In this document: in pieces, positions 50,123 through 61,200 of the stretch
Numbering within the stretch: position 1 is the stretch's first letter
How the letters are laid out: each line of letters starts with the position of its first letter
NCBI GenBank assembly: GCA_022572355.1
Contig: JACZWC010000014.1
Span: forward strand, 7,604-71,603
DNA: 64,000 bases
Direction: 5' to 3'
From: Bacteroidota bacterium
Lineage (GTDB): Bacteria; Bacteroidota; Bacteroidia; NORP154
The notes under the pieces: model-generated
What the model was told of the DNA's origin: nothing
The model's database searches: none
Seen by the model: only the letters and a program-made list of their open reading frames with translations
Translations under genes and position numbers: made by a program

Positions 50123-50827
50123 CTAGCTAATTTTAGAAGAGAGGAGGTTGATAAACTCTGATCTGGTAGAATCTTTTAAAAATTCCCCTGTAAATGAGGA
50201 AGTAGTAGCGACCGAATTTTGTTTTTGTATCCCTCGCATTAGCATACACAAGTGTTTGGCTTCTATTACCACTGCAACACCGAGTGGATTCAGTGTATCC
50301 TGAATGCAATCCTTGATTTGATCTGTGAGCCTTTCCTGTACTTGCAATCGTCTTGCAAAGGCATCCACTATTCGGGGTATTTTGCTCAAACCAACAATAT
50401 AACCGTTGGGAATGTATGCCACATGTGCTTTTCCGAAAAAGGGAAGCATATGATGTTCGCACATGGAGTAAACCTCAATATCCTTTATAATCACCATGTG
50501 TTTGTGATTCTCTTTGAACATGGCACTCCTGAGTATTTCTGCTGGATTCAATTGATAACCTTCGGTTAAAAACAGAAGAGACTTTGCCACGCGCATCGGT
50601 GTCCTTTCGAGTCCTTCGCGGTTCACATCTTCACCCAGATCTTCTAATATCCCTTTATATCTGGCTGCGATTGAGTCAATCACTTGAGTATCTCGTTGAG
50701 TACCATTTTTGTCACTCATCTGCCCATTTCCCAGAGCAACCTGTTCTTTTTCCGTTTCTTCCATAGTGTTCTTGTTATTGGCCGAAGTACTCGGCATAGT
50801 TATTCTCAGTCTCTTGTAATTTAACAC
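50123..50827 (-). CDS. folE: GTP cyclohydrolase I
   Basis: …[20 protein letters not shown]… CEHH zinc motif. The ORF-track start carries about 40 extra N-terminal residues. A later Met (MEETEK…, about 50764) would remove the overlap with queD. Confidence 0.85.
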   Translation of the reverse strand: MLNYKRLRITMPSTSANNKNTMEETEKEQVALGNGQMSDKNGTQRDTQVIDSIAARYKGILEDLGEDVNREGLERTPMRVAKSLLFLTEGYQLNPAEILRSAMFKENHKHMVIIKDIEVYSMCEHHMLPFFGKAHVAYIPNGYIVGLSKIPRIVDAFARRLQVQERLTDQIKDCIQDTLNPLGVAVVIEAKHLCMLMRGIQKQNSVATTSSFTGEFLKDSTRSEFINLLSSKIS

Positions 50828-51188
50828 AGTGCAATTCGCAATTTATTGAATCTATATGGGGCTTTAACTGATTCCATATTGCAATCGTAATATTTTCTGT
50901 AGTTGGCATAATATCCTTCATAAAGTCCACATCGAGATTTATATTCTTGTGATCCATCTTTTCCACCACATGCTTGTTAATCAGCTCGCTGATCAATCTC
51001 AGGTTTTCTAAAAATCCTGTTTCAGCATCAGGCTCCCCTTTAACGGTCACATAAACAGTATAATTGTGGCCATGCCAGTTGGGGTTGGCACATTTACCAA
51101 AAACTTCCTCATTCTTCTCCTCTGACCAATCCTCCATCACCAGTTTATGGGCTGCACTAAAATGCTCTTTTCTTGTAATAAATATCAT
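50775..51188 (-). CDS. queD: 6-carboxy-5,6,7,8-tetrahydropterin synthase / 6-pyruvoyl-tetrahydropterin synthase family
   Basis: [16 protein letters not shown]…[20 protein letters not shown] (CxxxHGH zinc motif). 137 aa. Confidence 0.8.
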   Translation of the reverse strand: MIFITRKEHFSAAHKLVMEDWSEEKNEEVFGKCANPNWHGHNYTVYVTVKGEPDAETGFLENLRLISELINKHVVEKMDHKNINLDVDFMKDIMPTTENITIAIWNQLKPHIDSINCELHCVKLQETENNYAEYFGQ

Positions 51189-51295
51189 GATTTTCGATTG
51201 GGAGCGCTAAGATACTAGGTTTTGTGGATTAGAAGGCTGTCATTGGCAGTATTCGTATATTAGCAACTCTATTCATAATTGATTGATTACCTGAT

Positions 51296-51967
51296 ATGAA
51301 TTTGATTATTGTTGTAGCTACAGAGCAGGAAATTGCGCCATTTATAGCGGAATTTGACTCCAACATGCGGGGATCGGTATTTGAGGTGAATGGAGTGAAT
51401 GCTGAAGTGCTCATTACCGGAGTGGGGATTGCCAATACTGCTTATAGTTTAGGGAAAAGGTTGGTATCAGGAAAAACACCGATTGATTTGCTGATAAACG
51501 TTGGAATTTGCGGTAGTTTTAGACCTGAGCTGACTACTGGAACAGTGGTGAATGTAACGCAGGACTGCCTGGCATACTTCGGGGTGGAGGATGGAGATGC
51601 ATTCATAACCGCCCATGAGCTGAATTTGGTGAACGAAAATGAAACGGTTTTCAAAAACTCCGAATTATTTGAAAGTTCATTGATCTCAAACTTACCCAAA
51701 GTGAAAGGGATAACAGTCAACACCGGGCATGGAAATAAAGAATCCATTATGCGAACGGCTGAGCTTTATAGTCCGGATGTTGAATCCATGGAAGGAGCAG
51801 CATTTATGATGGCATGCACTAAAGAAGATCTTCCTTATTTTCAATTAAGGGCAATATCAAATCCGATAGAGCAGCGAAATACGGATAATTGGAATATTCC
51901 TTTAGCTCTGAAAAATTTGAATGATACACTAATATCCCTTATTGATTCATTTGTGCAGCATCCATGA
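51296..51967 (+). CDS. mqnB: Futalosine hydrolase (PNP/MTA-nucleosidase fold)
   Basis: About 223 aa PNP_UDP_1-like (MNLIIVVATEQEIAPF…, …MEGAAF…). It overlaps by 4 nt with a downstream MqnA/MqnD-family gene, as in futalosine-pathway loci. Confidence 0.55.
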   Translation: MNLIIVVATEQEIAPFIAEFDSNMRGSVFEVNGVNAEVLITGVGIANTAYSLGKRLVSGKTPIDLLINVGICGSFRPELTTGTVVNVTQDCLAYFGVEDGDAFITAHELNLVNENETVFKNSELFESSLISNLPKVKGITVNTGHGNKESIMRTAELYSPDVESMEGAAFMMACTKEDLPYFQLRAISNPIEQRNTDNWNIPLALKNLNDTLISLIDSFVQHP

Positions 51968-52821
51968 ATTCTACGCGATCACAACAGTTGACAATTGGCT
52001 TTTCTCCGTGCCCCAACGACACGTTCATCTTCGACGCTATGGTAAATGCAAAAGTTGATACTGAGGGTATCCTTTTCAAATATGAATTTCATGATGTGGA
52101 AGCACTCAATAAGATGGCCTTCAAATCGAAGCTGGACATAACCAAGCTCAGCTATTATGCTTTCGCTCATTTGACGAGTGAGTACATCTTGCTGGATGCT
52201 GGAAGCGCCTTGGGACGAGGCTGTGGCCCTGTGCTAATATCGAGGGAAAAGGAGCTGGAATCAGATATAAGCCACATTAGCGTGGCAATTCCAGGTAAGC
52301 TAACTACAGCCAATTTTTTGTTCTCCCTTGCCTTTCCGAATGTAAACAATAAGATAGAAATGTTGTTTTCAGATATTGAAAACGCGGTGCTCAAAGGAGA
52401 AGTAAAGGCTGGTGTAATCATTCATGAAAACAGATTTACATATGAGCAAAAGGGCTTGAACAAGATATTGGATTTGGGTCAGTATTGGGAGGGAACAACC
52501 AACCTGCCCATACCTTTGGGTGGTATTGTAGTGAAAAGAGATATACCTCAGGGCATAATGGAGAAGATCAACCGGATCATGAAAAGAAGTGTTGAGTACG
52601 CACTAAAAAACCCAAATAGCAGTTCTGAGTTTGTGGCAGCTCATTCACAAGAGATGGAGCCAGAAGTGTTGAAGAGCCATATTGAAATGTATGTAAACGA
52701 TTTTACGATTGATCTTGGAGACGAAGGAAAACAAGCTGTTAAAACACTGCTTGAAAAAGCGAAGAAGTTGAATATTATCCCCAAATTTGAGGAGGTGTTA
52801 ACAGTAAATGATCTGAGCTAA
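51964..52821 (+). CDS. mqnD: MqnA/MqnD family menaquinone (futalosine pathway) enzyme, likely 1,4-dihydroxy-6-naphthoate synthase
   Basis: LTIGFSPCPNDTFIFDAMVN N-terminus typical of the periplasmic-binding-protein-like MqnA/MqnD fold. The SPCPNDTF signature favours MqnD. Confidence 0.55.
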   Translation: MNSTRSQQLTIGFSPCPNDTFIFDAMVNAKVDTEGILFKYEFHDVEALNKMAFKSKLDITKLSYYAFAHLTSEYILLDAGSALGRGCGPVLISREKELESDISHISVAIPGKLTTANFLFSLAFPNVNNKIEMLFSDIENAVLKGEVKAGVIIHENRFTYEQKGLNKILDLGQYWEGTTNLPIPLGGIVVKRDIPQGIMEKINRIMKRSVEYALKNPNSSSEFVAAHSQEMEPEVLKSHIEMYVNDFTIDLGDEGKQAVKTLLEKAKKLNIIPKFEEVLTVNDLS

Positions 52822-53787
52822 ATGATTGTAGTTACAGGTGCAGCGGGTTTTATTGGAAGTTGTTTGGTCAGCAAACTAAATGCTGAGAATTTCAACGATA
52901 TAGTGGTCGTCGACGATTTTTCAGAGCGTGAAAAGGACAAGAATCTGGAGGGCAAGAAATTTTCTCAAAAGGTTCATAGAGATGATTTTCATGAATGGAT
53001 TGCTGAAAATCATTCCCTGATTCAATTTGTCTTCCACATTGGGGCAAGAACTGACACCACAGAATTTGATGTAGAGATATTTAACAAGCTCAATCTCAAT
53101 TACACGAAAGAGGTTTGGAAACTATGCGTTGAATATGGATTGCCACTTGTGTATGCGTCCTCAGCTGCCACCTATGGAATGGGTGAGTTGGGTTACGATG
53201 ACAATCACTCGCTTTGTGAGAAATTGAAGCCGCTAAATCCTTATGGTGAATCAAAAAACGATTTTGATGTATGGGCTCTTGCCCAGGAGAGAAAACCCTA
53301 TTTCTGGGCAGGATTGAAGTTTTTCAATGTGTATGGGCCCAATGAATTCCACAAAGGGCGCATGGCATCTGTGATTTTTCATGCGTACAACCAAATGGTT
53401 GAATCCGGGAAAGTAAAATTGTTTAGATCACACAATCCAGATTATAAAGATGGCGAACAGCTTCGTGATTTTGTGTACGTGAAGGATACTGTTGAGGTAT
53501 GCTACTTTTTCATGCACCACAGAAAAGACTCCGGGATATACAATTTAGGTACAGGGAAAGCCAGATCTTTCGCTGACTTAGCCACCAATACTTTCAGTGC
53601 GGCAGGAAAAGAAGCCAATATAGAATTTATAGATACGCCTGAAGATATAAGGGATAAGTATCAATACTTTACCGAGGCGAAGATGGATAAACTGAAAGGG
53701 ATTGGTTACAATAAAAAATTCTATTCCTTAGAAGATGGTATTGAGGATTACGTGAAGAATTACTTGATTCCGGAAAAATACATGTGA
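52822..53787 (+). CDS. hldD: NAD-dependent epimerase, ADP-L-glycero-D-manno-heptose 6-epimerase-like
   Basis: MIVVTGAAGFIGSCLVSKLN…IVVVDDF N-terminus and YGESK (YxxxK). About 321 aa with the HldD length and motif pattern. Confidence 0.55.
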   Translation: MIVVTGAAGFIGSCLVSKLNAENFNDIVVVDDFSEREKDKNLEGKKFSQKVHRDDFHEWIAENHSLIQFVFHIGARTDTTEFDVEIFNKLNLNYTKEVWKLCVEYGLPLVYASSAATYGMGELGYDDNHSLCEKLKPLNPYGESKNDFDVWALAQERKPYFWAGLKFFNVYGPNEFHKGRMASVIFHAYNQMVESGKVKLFRSHNPDYKDGEQLRDFVYVKDTVEVCYFFMHHRKDSGIYNLGTGKARSFADLATNTFSAAGKEANIEFIDTPEDIRDKYQYFTEAKMDKLKGIGYNKKFYSLEDGIEDYVKNYLIPEKYM

Positions 53788-53854
53788 AGCTCGTTGATTC
53801 CTTAACGATTAAATTGGAAAATACTTTTTTAAGGACAGTCTCCGCTAAGTTCTG

Positions 53855-54190
53855 CTAAAGTTCCTTTTTAAGCTCTAATAAGAAATCCCTGACCTTATTC
53901 AGCGACTTTACCATTTCTACGCTGGAAGTAGTGCCGCTTAGGTTCTCCCTCAACTTCTTTTTAGCGCCTTCCAGGGTATGTCCCCGCTCCTTAACAAGGT
54001 GGTAGATCAAATAAAAGTTGTCTACATCGTCCTGTGTAAACAAGCGGTTTCCCTTTTTGTTCTTCTTGGGCTTGATGATGTCAAACTCCTTCTCCCAAAA
54101 TCGTATTAAAGAAGTGTTTACCTTGAACATCCTGGCAACTTCCCCGATAGGATAAAAGAGTTTTACGGTTTCGGCTTCTTTATATGGCAC
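53855..54190 (-). CDS. MerR family transcriptional regulator
   Basis: YPIGEVARMFKVNTSLIRFWEKEF is the MerR HTH. 111 aa. Confidence 0.75.
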   Translation of the reverse strand: MPYKEAETVKLFYPIGEVARMFKVNTSLIRFWEKEFDIIKPKKNKKGNRLFTQDDVDNFYLIYHLVKERGHTLEGAKKKLRENLSGTTSSVEMVKSLNKVRDFLLELKKEL

Positions 54191-54261
54191 GGATAGTATC
54201 GCTGATTAATTCAACACTAAAAGTAAAAAGAATTGAGGAACGAGAAAAGAATGAATAAAAC

Positions 54262-55326
54262 TTAATCGAAAGACTGGTTAACCCTTGAAGATATTTCTAG
54301 CATTTTTTCATATTCCTCTGGCGTGAGGTCGTTGTAATAGAAATTAACAGGATTAATTTTCACACCGTTCTTATGAACCTCATAATGTAGGTGTGGGCCA
54401 ACAGAAGTTCCAGAGTTGCCTACATAACCAATGATCTCACCGCGCTTGACCTTCTGTCCTTCACGCATAATTATGCGTTTCATATGCGCGTACAATGTTT
54501 TATAACCGTAACCATGATCTATGATAATATGGTTTCCGTAGCCTCTTTTCGACTCCTTTGTTTCGAAGATCACACCATTTCCTGTGGCATAAATCGCCGT
54601 TCCCTTTGGAGCAGTAAAATCCATGCCGGTATGCAATTTTGTAGTCTTGTAGATCGGGTGAATTCTCATGCCATATCCCGATGCCAACCTCGTTAGGTTC
54701 TCATTGGAGATGGGCTGAATTGCTGGAATGGCCGCCAGCATTTCGCTCTTGTTTTTTGCCATGTCAAATACGTCATCAAAGGACTTTGACTGAACATACA
54801 ATTGTTTTGCAATTTTATCGAGTTTCTTGGTAGCAGCGATCATAAGGTTTGCCTGGTCGAAACCTTGCAAGTTCTTATAGCGGTTAACACCACCAAACCC
54901 AGCTTCTCTGATATCTCCGGGAATGGGTTCCGCTTCAAATATTACCCTGTATATATCGTCATCTCTTCGTTGCAGATCAGCGAGGATCGTTTCTATTTGA
55001 TCAGACCTGCTCAACAGAATTTCGTACTGAAGTGTAAGCTGATCGATGTTTCGTTTGAGTATCTTCTCTTTAGGCGAATCAAAAACTGTGTATGTTAAAA
55101 TAACGAATGTGAAAGCGAAGAAGGAACCCACTAAAACATAAGACAAGAGCATCTTCAACTTGTAGAATAAGTTGTTGTCTATCTTCTCGTAAGATAAGGT
55201 GATCTTATTATATCTGTATTTAGCTTCAGCCATGTTTATATTTTCAGATGTTATTCCGAAATCGGGCGCAAAGATAGTGAAATACGCTAAATTTGCCAAA
55301 TCACAATCACATGATTTTGTTAACAA
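54262..55326 (-). CDS. M23 family metallopeptidase (LytM-like) with N-terminal membrane anchor and coiled coil
   Basis: HTGMDFTAPKGTAIYATGNG (HxxxD) and GNSGTSVGPHLHYEVH (HxH). Confidence 0.8.
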   Translation of the reverse strand: MLTKSCDCDLANLAYFTIFAPDFGITSENINMAEAKYRYNKITLSYEKIDNNLFYKLKMLLSYVLVGSFFAFTFVILTYTVFDSPKEKILKRNIDQLTLQYEILLSRSDQIETILADLQRRDDDIYRVIFEAEPIPGDIREAGFGGVNRYKNLQGFDQANLMIAATKKLDKIAKQLYVQSKSFDDVFDMAKNKSEMLAAIPAIQPISNENLTRLASGYGMRIHPIYKTTKLHTGMDFTAPKGTAIYATGNGVIFETKESKRGYGNHIIIDHGYGYKTLYAHMKRIIMREGQKVKRGEIIGYVGNSGTSVGPHLHYEVHKNGVKINPVNFYYNDLTPEEYEKMLEISSRVNQSFD

Positions 55327-55347
55327 TCATACACCCTGTATCTGATA

Positions 55348-58089
55348 ATGAGTGTAATTGAGTCGGCTCAGGTTAGAAAGAAGTTCCTCGACTTTTTTAA
55401 GTCCAAAGGGCACGTGATCGTCCCATCTGCACCCATGGTTGTGAAGGATGATCCGACTTTGATGTTCATCAATGCCGGAATGAATCAGTTTAAGGAGTAT
55501 TTTTTAGGGAACAAAAGGCCTGCCAATAAGCGCATAGCGGATACGCAAAAATGCCTGCGGGTTTCTGGAAAGCACAATGACCTAGAAGAGGTGGGGGTTG
55601 ATACCTATCACCACACCATGTTTGAGATGTTGGGCAATTGGTCCTTTGGCGATTACTTCAAAAAAGAGGCCATTGAATGGGCCTGGGAACTGCTGGTGAC
55701 GGAATATGGTATTGACCCGAAGCGACTTTATGTGACGGTGTTCAGTGGAGATGAAAAGGATGGTTTGTCAAAAGATCAGGAAGCATTGGATTTCTGGAGA
55801 GAAAATTTACCCGCTGATAGAATCCTGGAATTTGGAAAGAAGGACAACTTCTGGGAAATGGGTGATATTGGCCCTTGCGGGCCTTGCTCAGAAATTCACG
55901 TCGACCTCAGATCGGATGAGGAAAGAGCAAAGATAGATGGCGCTACCCTGGTCAATGCCGATCATCCTCAGGTTATTGAGTTGTGGAACCTCGTTTTTAT
56001 TGAGTTCAATAGAAAGTCAGACGGAACACTGGAAGAACTCCCCGAAAAACATGTGGATACCGGATTGGGTTTTGAGAGGCTTTGCCGGGTATTGCAGGAG
56101 AAATCCTCCAATTACGATACCGATGTATTTCAGGTATTGATTGCTGAAATAGAAAAACTGAGCGGTGTCAAATACGGAAATTCTGAAGAAACGGACATAG
56201 CCCAACGGGTTATCGCAGATCATGTGAGGGCCGTTTCATTTGCCATCGCCGACGGACAGCTTCCCTACAGAGACGGCGCAGGTTATGTAATAAGACGCAT
56301 TCTCAGAAGAGCCATCAGATATGGATACAGCTTTCTAAACATGAAAGAACCATTCATCAACGAATTGGTGTCAGCGCTGGCAATGCAGATGTCCGATGTA
56401 TTTCCAGAATTGAAGGCGCAGCAGGAAACAATAGAGAAGATAATTCGGGAAGAAGAAACTTCGTTCTTAAGAACGCTGGAGTCAGGAATTAAAAGGCTCA
56501 ATAACTTGGTTGGCGATATTGATGGTAAGCAAGCATTTGAACTGTATGACACTTTTGGCTTCCCGATAGACCTCACGTCATTAATTGCCAGGGAAAAGGG
56601 TAGTAAAGTTGACCTGGAAGGATTTGATGTGGAAATGCAGGCTCAGAAGGATAGAGCAAGGAAAGCTTCTAATATTGAAGTTGAAGATTGGATTGAAATT
56701 CACGCGGGTGAAGGAGATGAGTTCATTGGATATGACAATCTTGAAGCGAGCGTGAAGATTTTAAAACACCGAAAAGTAAATGTAAAAGGAAAAGAGTTTT
56801 ATCAGCTGGTCTTTGACAAAACACCGTTCTATCCTGAGGGCGGCGGACAAATTGGTGATACAGGCTACATTGAAAGCAATGGCGTAAAAACCATAATCAC
56901 TGATACAAAAAAGGAAAATAACCAGATCATGCACTTTTGTGAATCATTGCCTGCAATATTGGAGGGTTCTTTTTCAGCTCACATAGACGCAAATAAACGA
57001 GCATTAACTACGAATAACCACACCGCAACGCATTTGTTGCACGCCAGCTTGCGCAGTGTTTTGGGCACCCATGTAGAACAACGCGGTTCTTTGGTAAACG
57101 AGAAATATTTGCGTTTCGATTTTTCCAATCCTGCGAAGATTGATGAGGGTGATCTCGCCAATATCGAAGAGATGGTGAATGCCAAAATTGCGGAGGACAT
57201 TACCCTCGATGTGCGACAAATGTCACTTGACGATGCAAAAGAACTCGGTGCCATGGCGCTGTTTGGTGAAAAGTATGGCGAAAAAGTTCGGGTGGTAATC
57301 TTCGATGAGAAGTTCTCCATTGAACTCTGTGGCGGAACTCATGTGCCATCGACCAAGGTGATAGATGCCTTTAAGATAACCGTTGAAACATCTGTTGCTT
57401 CTGGAATTAGAAGAATTGAAGCGGTTACTGCAGATATTGCCCGGGAAAAATCTGGTTCACAAAAAGTGAAACTCGAAAAGTTACTATCCGATATGGAAGT
57501 GGTTATTAATATGGAATCTTCTCTGGATAGTGAGGATGCAACACAGGATCAACTGGCGGCGGCGGTCAACGAAATTAATCAGTTAAAAATACCTGAACAG
57601 CTCAAATTCAAAAAGGAAATCCTGGCAGGATCGGATAATTTTGAAGAAGTTGAAAGCAAGATCGAGACCTACCAGAGTGCCAATTCAACTATTTCCAAGT
57701 CTCTTGAAAAGCTCAAAAGACATGAAGCGGATGGAGTAGGGGAAGCGTTAAAAGAGAAGATCGAAAACATCAATGGAGTGAATTGCCTGATTGAGCGGGT
57801 TGACCTTGACGCAGATTCCATTAAGAACATCGGTTTCAAACTAAATAAGGAAACTGATGACCTCTTCATGGTGATAGGCAGCGCCGTTAACGATAAGGCC
57901 ATGCTAACTGTAATTATATCAGATAACCTGGTAAAGGACCGCAACCTCGACGCCTCGAAGATTATTCGAGAGCTAGCCACTGAAATACAGGGTGGTGGCG
58001 GTGGACAGCCTTTCTATGCTACTGCAGGAGGGAAAAATGTGGAAGGTATAGTTGTGGCGTTGGAGAAGGCGAAATCTTATATTGAATGA
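55348..58089 (+). CDS. alaS: Alanine--tRNA ligase
   Basis: …HHTMFEMLGNWSFGDYFK…, and the editing-domain HTATHLLHASL and CGGTHV motifs. 913 aa. Confidence 0.9.
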   Translation: MSVIESAQVRKKFLDFFKSKGHVIVPSAPMVVKDDPTLMFINAGMNQFKEYFLGNKRPANKRIADTQKCLRVSGKHNDLEEVGVDTYHHTMFEMLGNWSFGDYFKKEAIEWAWELLVTEYGIDPKRLYVTVFSGDEKDGLSKDQEALDFWRENLPADRILEFGKKDNFWEMGDIGPCGPCSEIHVDLRSDEERAKIDGATLVNADHPQVIELWNLVFIEFNRKSDGTLEELPEKHVDTGLGFERLCRVLQEKSSNYDTDVFQVLIAEIEKLSGVKYGNSEETDIAQRVIADHVRAVSFAIADGQLPYRDGAGYVIRRILRRAIRYGYSFLNMKEPFINELVSALAMQMSDVFPELKAQQETIEKIIREEETSFLRTLESGIKRLNNLVGDIDGKQAFELYDTFGFPIDLTSLIAREKGSKVDLEGFDVEMQAQKDRARKASNIEVEDWIEIHAGEGDEFIGYDNLEASVKILKHRKVNVKGKEFYQLVFDKTPFYPEGGGQIGDTGYIESNGVKTIITDTKKENNQIMHFCESLPAILEGSFSAHIDANKRALTTNNHTATHLLHASLRSVLGTHVEQRGSLVNEKYLRFDFSNPAKIDEGDLANIEEMVNAKIAEDITLDVRQMSLDDAKELGAMALFGEKYGEKVRVVIFDEKFSIELCGGTHVPSTKVIDAFKITVETSVASGIRRIEAVTADIAREKSGSQKVKLEKLLSDMEVVINMESSLDSEDATQDQLAAAVNEINQLKIPEQLKFKKEILAGSDNFEEVESKIETYQSANSTISKSLEKLKRHEADGVGEALKEKIENINGVNCLIERVDLDADSIKNIGFKLNKETDDLFMVIGSAVNDKAMLTVIISDNLVKDRNLDASKIIRELATEIQGGGGGQPFYATAGGKNVEGIVVALEKAKSYIE

Positions 58090-58094
58090 CCCGA

Positions 58095-58148
58095 CCCCCT
58101 GTTTCTTTACTTAGCAAAGAAACTGTCCCCCTATAGGGGGACAGCGAC
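58095..58148 (+). repeat. Structured ~55-bp element (double hairpin), copy 1, between convergent alaS and the SprB-repeat gene
   Basis: CCCCCTG-GTTTCTTT-ACTTAGC-AAAGAAAC followed by the perfect palindrome CTGTCCCCCTATAGGGGGACAG (58123-58144). An inverted near-copy is at 62291-62349. Confidence 0.7.
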
Positions 58149-58225
58149 TCTGAAGTATGCGCGAGCAAACTTCAGGGGCGCAGGGGGTCTTGGATCTCCT
58201 TTTTACTACTGCCTTTATCAGGAAA

Positions 58226-61200
58226 CTACCGAACCACCAATTTCCTCGTATACAATCCTGAACTCGTCACCATTTGAAGCATGTAAATTCCAGGCGGAAG
58301 AGATTCAACCGAAATGGTCTTCTCATACATTCCCTTCACAACGACTATCTTGTCTGTATACACAACCTGACCCTTGATATCTGAAATACTCAACTGGATA
58401 TCTTGCGATTCCACACTGTTAAATGACAAGATGAAGCTGCCATCATTAGGATTGGGATAAATAGCTATGTCAGCAATACCCTCATGAAGTTCTGATAATC
58501 CGAGGCCTCCGGGGATCACTATAATTAAAGTCTTCGTACAATTATTAGAATCGCTTACGGTTATGGTGTAAGTACCACCCACCAAATTAACGAGATCTTC
58601 GCTGCTGGCTCCGGTCGACCAGGAGTAGGAGTAAGGTGGTGTAGCCCCCGTTACTGTTAAATCAATTGAACCATCGCCCGCTCCGGGAGAACTCTGATTG
58701 GTAGTGGAATCTATGACAATTAATTCAGTAGGTTCAGAAACAACAACATACGTAGGATCTGTAACCTCAAAACATTCTATTTCTCTGATCGATGCAAACG
58801 TATCCGAGGGAGTGATTACCCAGGTATAAACAGTGTCTGAATTGGTATTGATGATGTTATACAAATCAAAAGTATAGGTGGGCGCTATACTTGCAATTAT
58901 CGGTCCCGCAGAACTTCCTCGATGTAGTTCCATCAATTCAGGTGAATAATAGTCACCACTGAACTGACCCGCTCTTACCTTTACCGCGTTTATTATCACA
59001 GCCGAGGGGAAAGTCATAATCATCTCAAAACTCGCTGGTACTGGTGCGCCCCAGATCGTTCCTGTATTGAGATTTCCGTCATAGATCTGGGAAAGATCGT
59101 TCGTTGTGTAGTAATTGTTGTAACTGCTGGAGGGGATGTAGTTCTGTTTTAGGTTGGATGAGGAACCAATTTTACAACCATTGCTATCCGTAATTACAAC
59201 TGAATAGATAGCAGACGCAAGCCCGCTTGCCATAGAGCTTGATTGTAGCAACCCATCATCCCAGGAGTAGGAGTAAGGAGGTGTGCCTCCGGAAGCTGTG
59301 GCAGTTGCCGAACCATCTGAACCACCGTAACAGCTATTATCAACTGAACTCAGTGAAGCAGCCAATGAATCGGGCTGTGTGAGGGTTGTGCTGTCTACCA
59401 TTACGCATCCGTTGCTATCGGTAATCAGCACGGTGTAAGTTCCTGCGCAGAGGCTGTCCGCGTAGAAGACACTATCCACAGGACTGCCCTGTAGAGTCCA
59501 CAAATAACTATACGGCGATATGCCTCCGGATACCTGGGCGTTTGTATTACCTGCGCAGACGCTGTTGCATAAAAGATTTTCGCTAATCACCGATAACGTG
59601 AGTGAATCAGGCTGTGTAATTTCCACGCTATCTGTTAACGTACATCCAGATAAATGACTGACTACTACTGAATAATTTCCCGCCTCCAATCCGGTATTTG
59701 CCGCATTACCCGATGTGTATGCATTGGGGCCGGTCCATGAATAGTTCAGCGTTGAGTCGAAGAGTTCAACGGTTCCATAACATTCAATTTCCAGGATTCC
59801 GGCATAACCGTCCAGAGTGGGGGTTATTTCGAAAGTGTAAATACTGTTTCCGGTTGAATTAGACAGGCTGTAGCTTTCAAAATTAAAAGTGGGCGTGATG
59901 CTTGAAATTAATGTTCCTGAAGAAGTTCCATTGTAGAACAGCATCAAACCGGGAACATTATAATCACCATTGAGCTGCCCCGCTTTAATTTTTACTGAAT
60001 CCAGGATTACTGACTGGCTGAAAGTCAAAGTAAGCTCAAACGGATCCGGGGCACCGGGACCCCATGCTGCTCCTGAGTCCAGGTCCCCATCGTTGATATA
60101 GCTCAAATCCTGAACAGGAGGGAAGTTGTAGTAAGTGTTGTAATTGGAAGTAGCTGTGTAACTTAAAAGACTGGCATTTACAGTGCTGGAAACGATTACC
60201 GCAGCGCTACCATTTGTTCCACCATTACAACTGATATTGCTCGTGATTAAGTGAAGGTTGGCAAGAGAAGTCGAAGCCCCGATATATAGAGTGGTTGAGC
60301 CAGTGCAGCCATTGATATCAACTACTGAAACCATATAATTTCCTTCGGTAACACCGGTAATATTGTTTGCATTGGTTCCTATGGTATCCAATAATGCATT
60401 TTGCCAGGTAAAACTATAGGGACTGGTACCGCCAGTGGTGTTTACAGAGGCATATCCTGTAGCATCTCCAATACAGGTTACATTGTTTATAGAATCGACA
60501 ATTGGCGCCACAACTCCAGGTTCTGTGACAACCACGGACTGATTGGAACTACAGCCAACGCTGTCGATAACGGTAACAATATATGTTGCAGCAAGTAAGC
60601 TGTCGATATCTTCACTCGTTGCTCCATTATCCCAGGAATAAGTCAATGGTCCCGTTCCACCAGATACGGAGATATATATTGCCCCATCGCTACTGCCATT
60701 ACATGTAGCCGATTCAAGTGAGTCCGTTGTAATTATTGGTGATCCCAGATCGCCAACGTTTACTGTGGCTGAATCCAAGCAGCCATTTGAATCAGTCACG
60801 ATAACCGTATAGTTGCCGGCAACAAGACCAATAGCCGAATCTGTTGTCTGAGCAAGGAAGTCATTCCACAAGTAGGTGTATGGTTGTGCTCCACCGCTTT
60901 CAACTATGAATGCACTGCCATCTGCTAAACCGCAGGTTGAGCTTGTGCTTCCAATGGTATTGGAAAGTAGAATAGTACCGAGAATGGAGTCGTTAACAAC
61001 TGCCGTACAGCCATTATTATCCGCAATTGCAACTATAAAAATTCCTATGCATAACGTGGCGCAACTCGAGTCAGTGCATCCACCGCTCCAGGTGTAAGTG
61101 TAGGGTGTAACCCCACCTGTCACAGATATAGTAGCTGTTCCATTACAAGTGCTGCAATTGTCAGTTGATTTAGAAGCTAAACTCGCTATCAGGATCTGCG

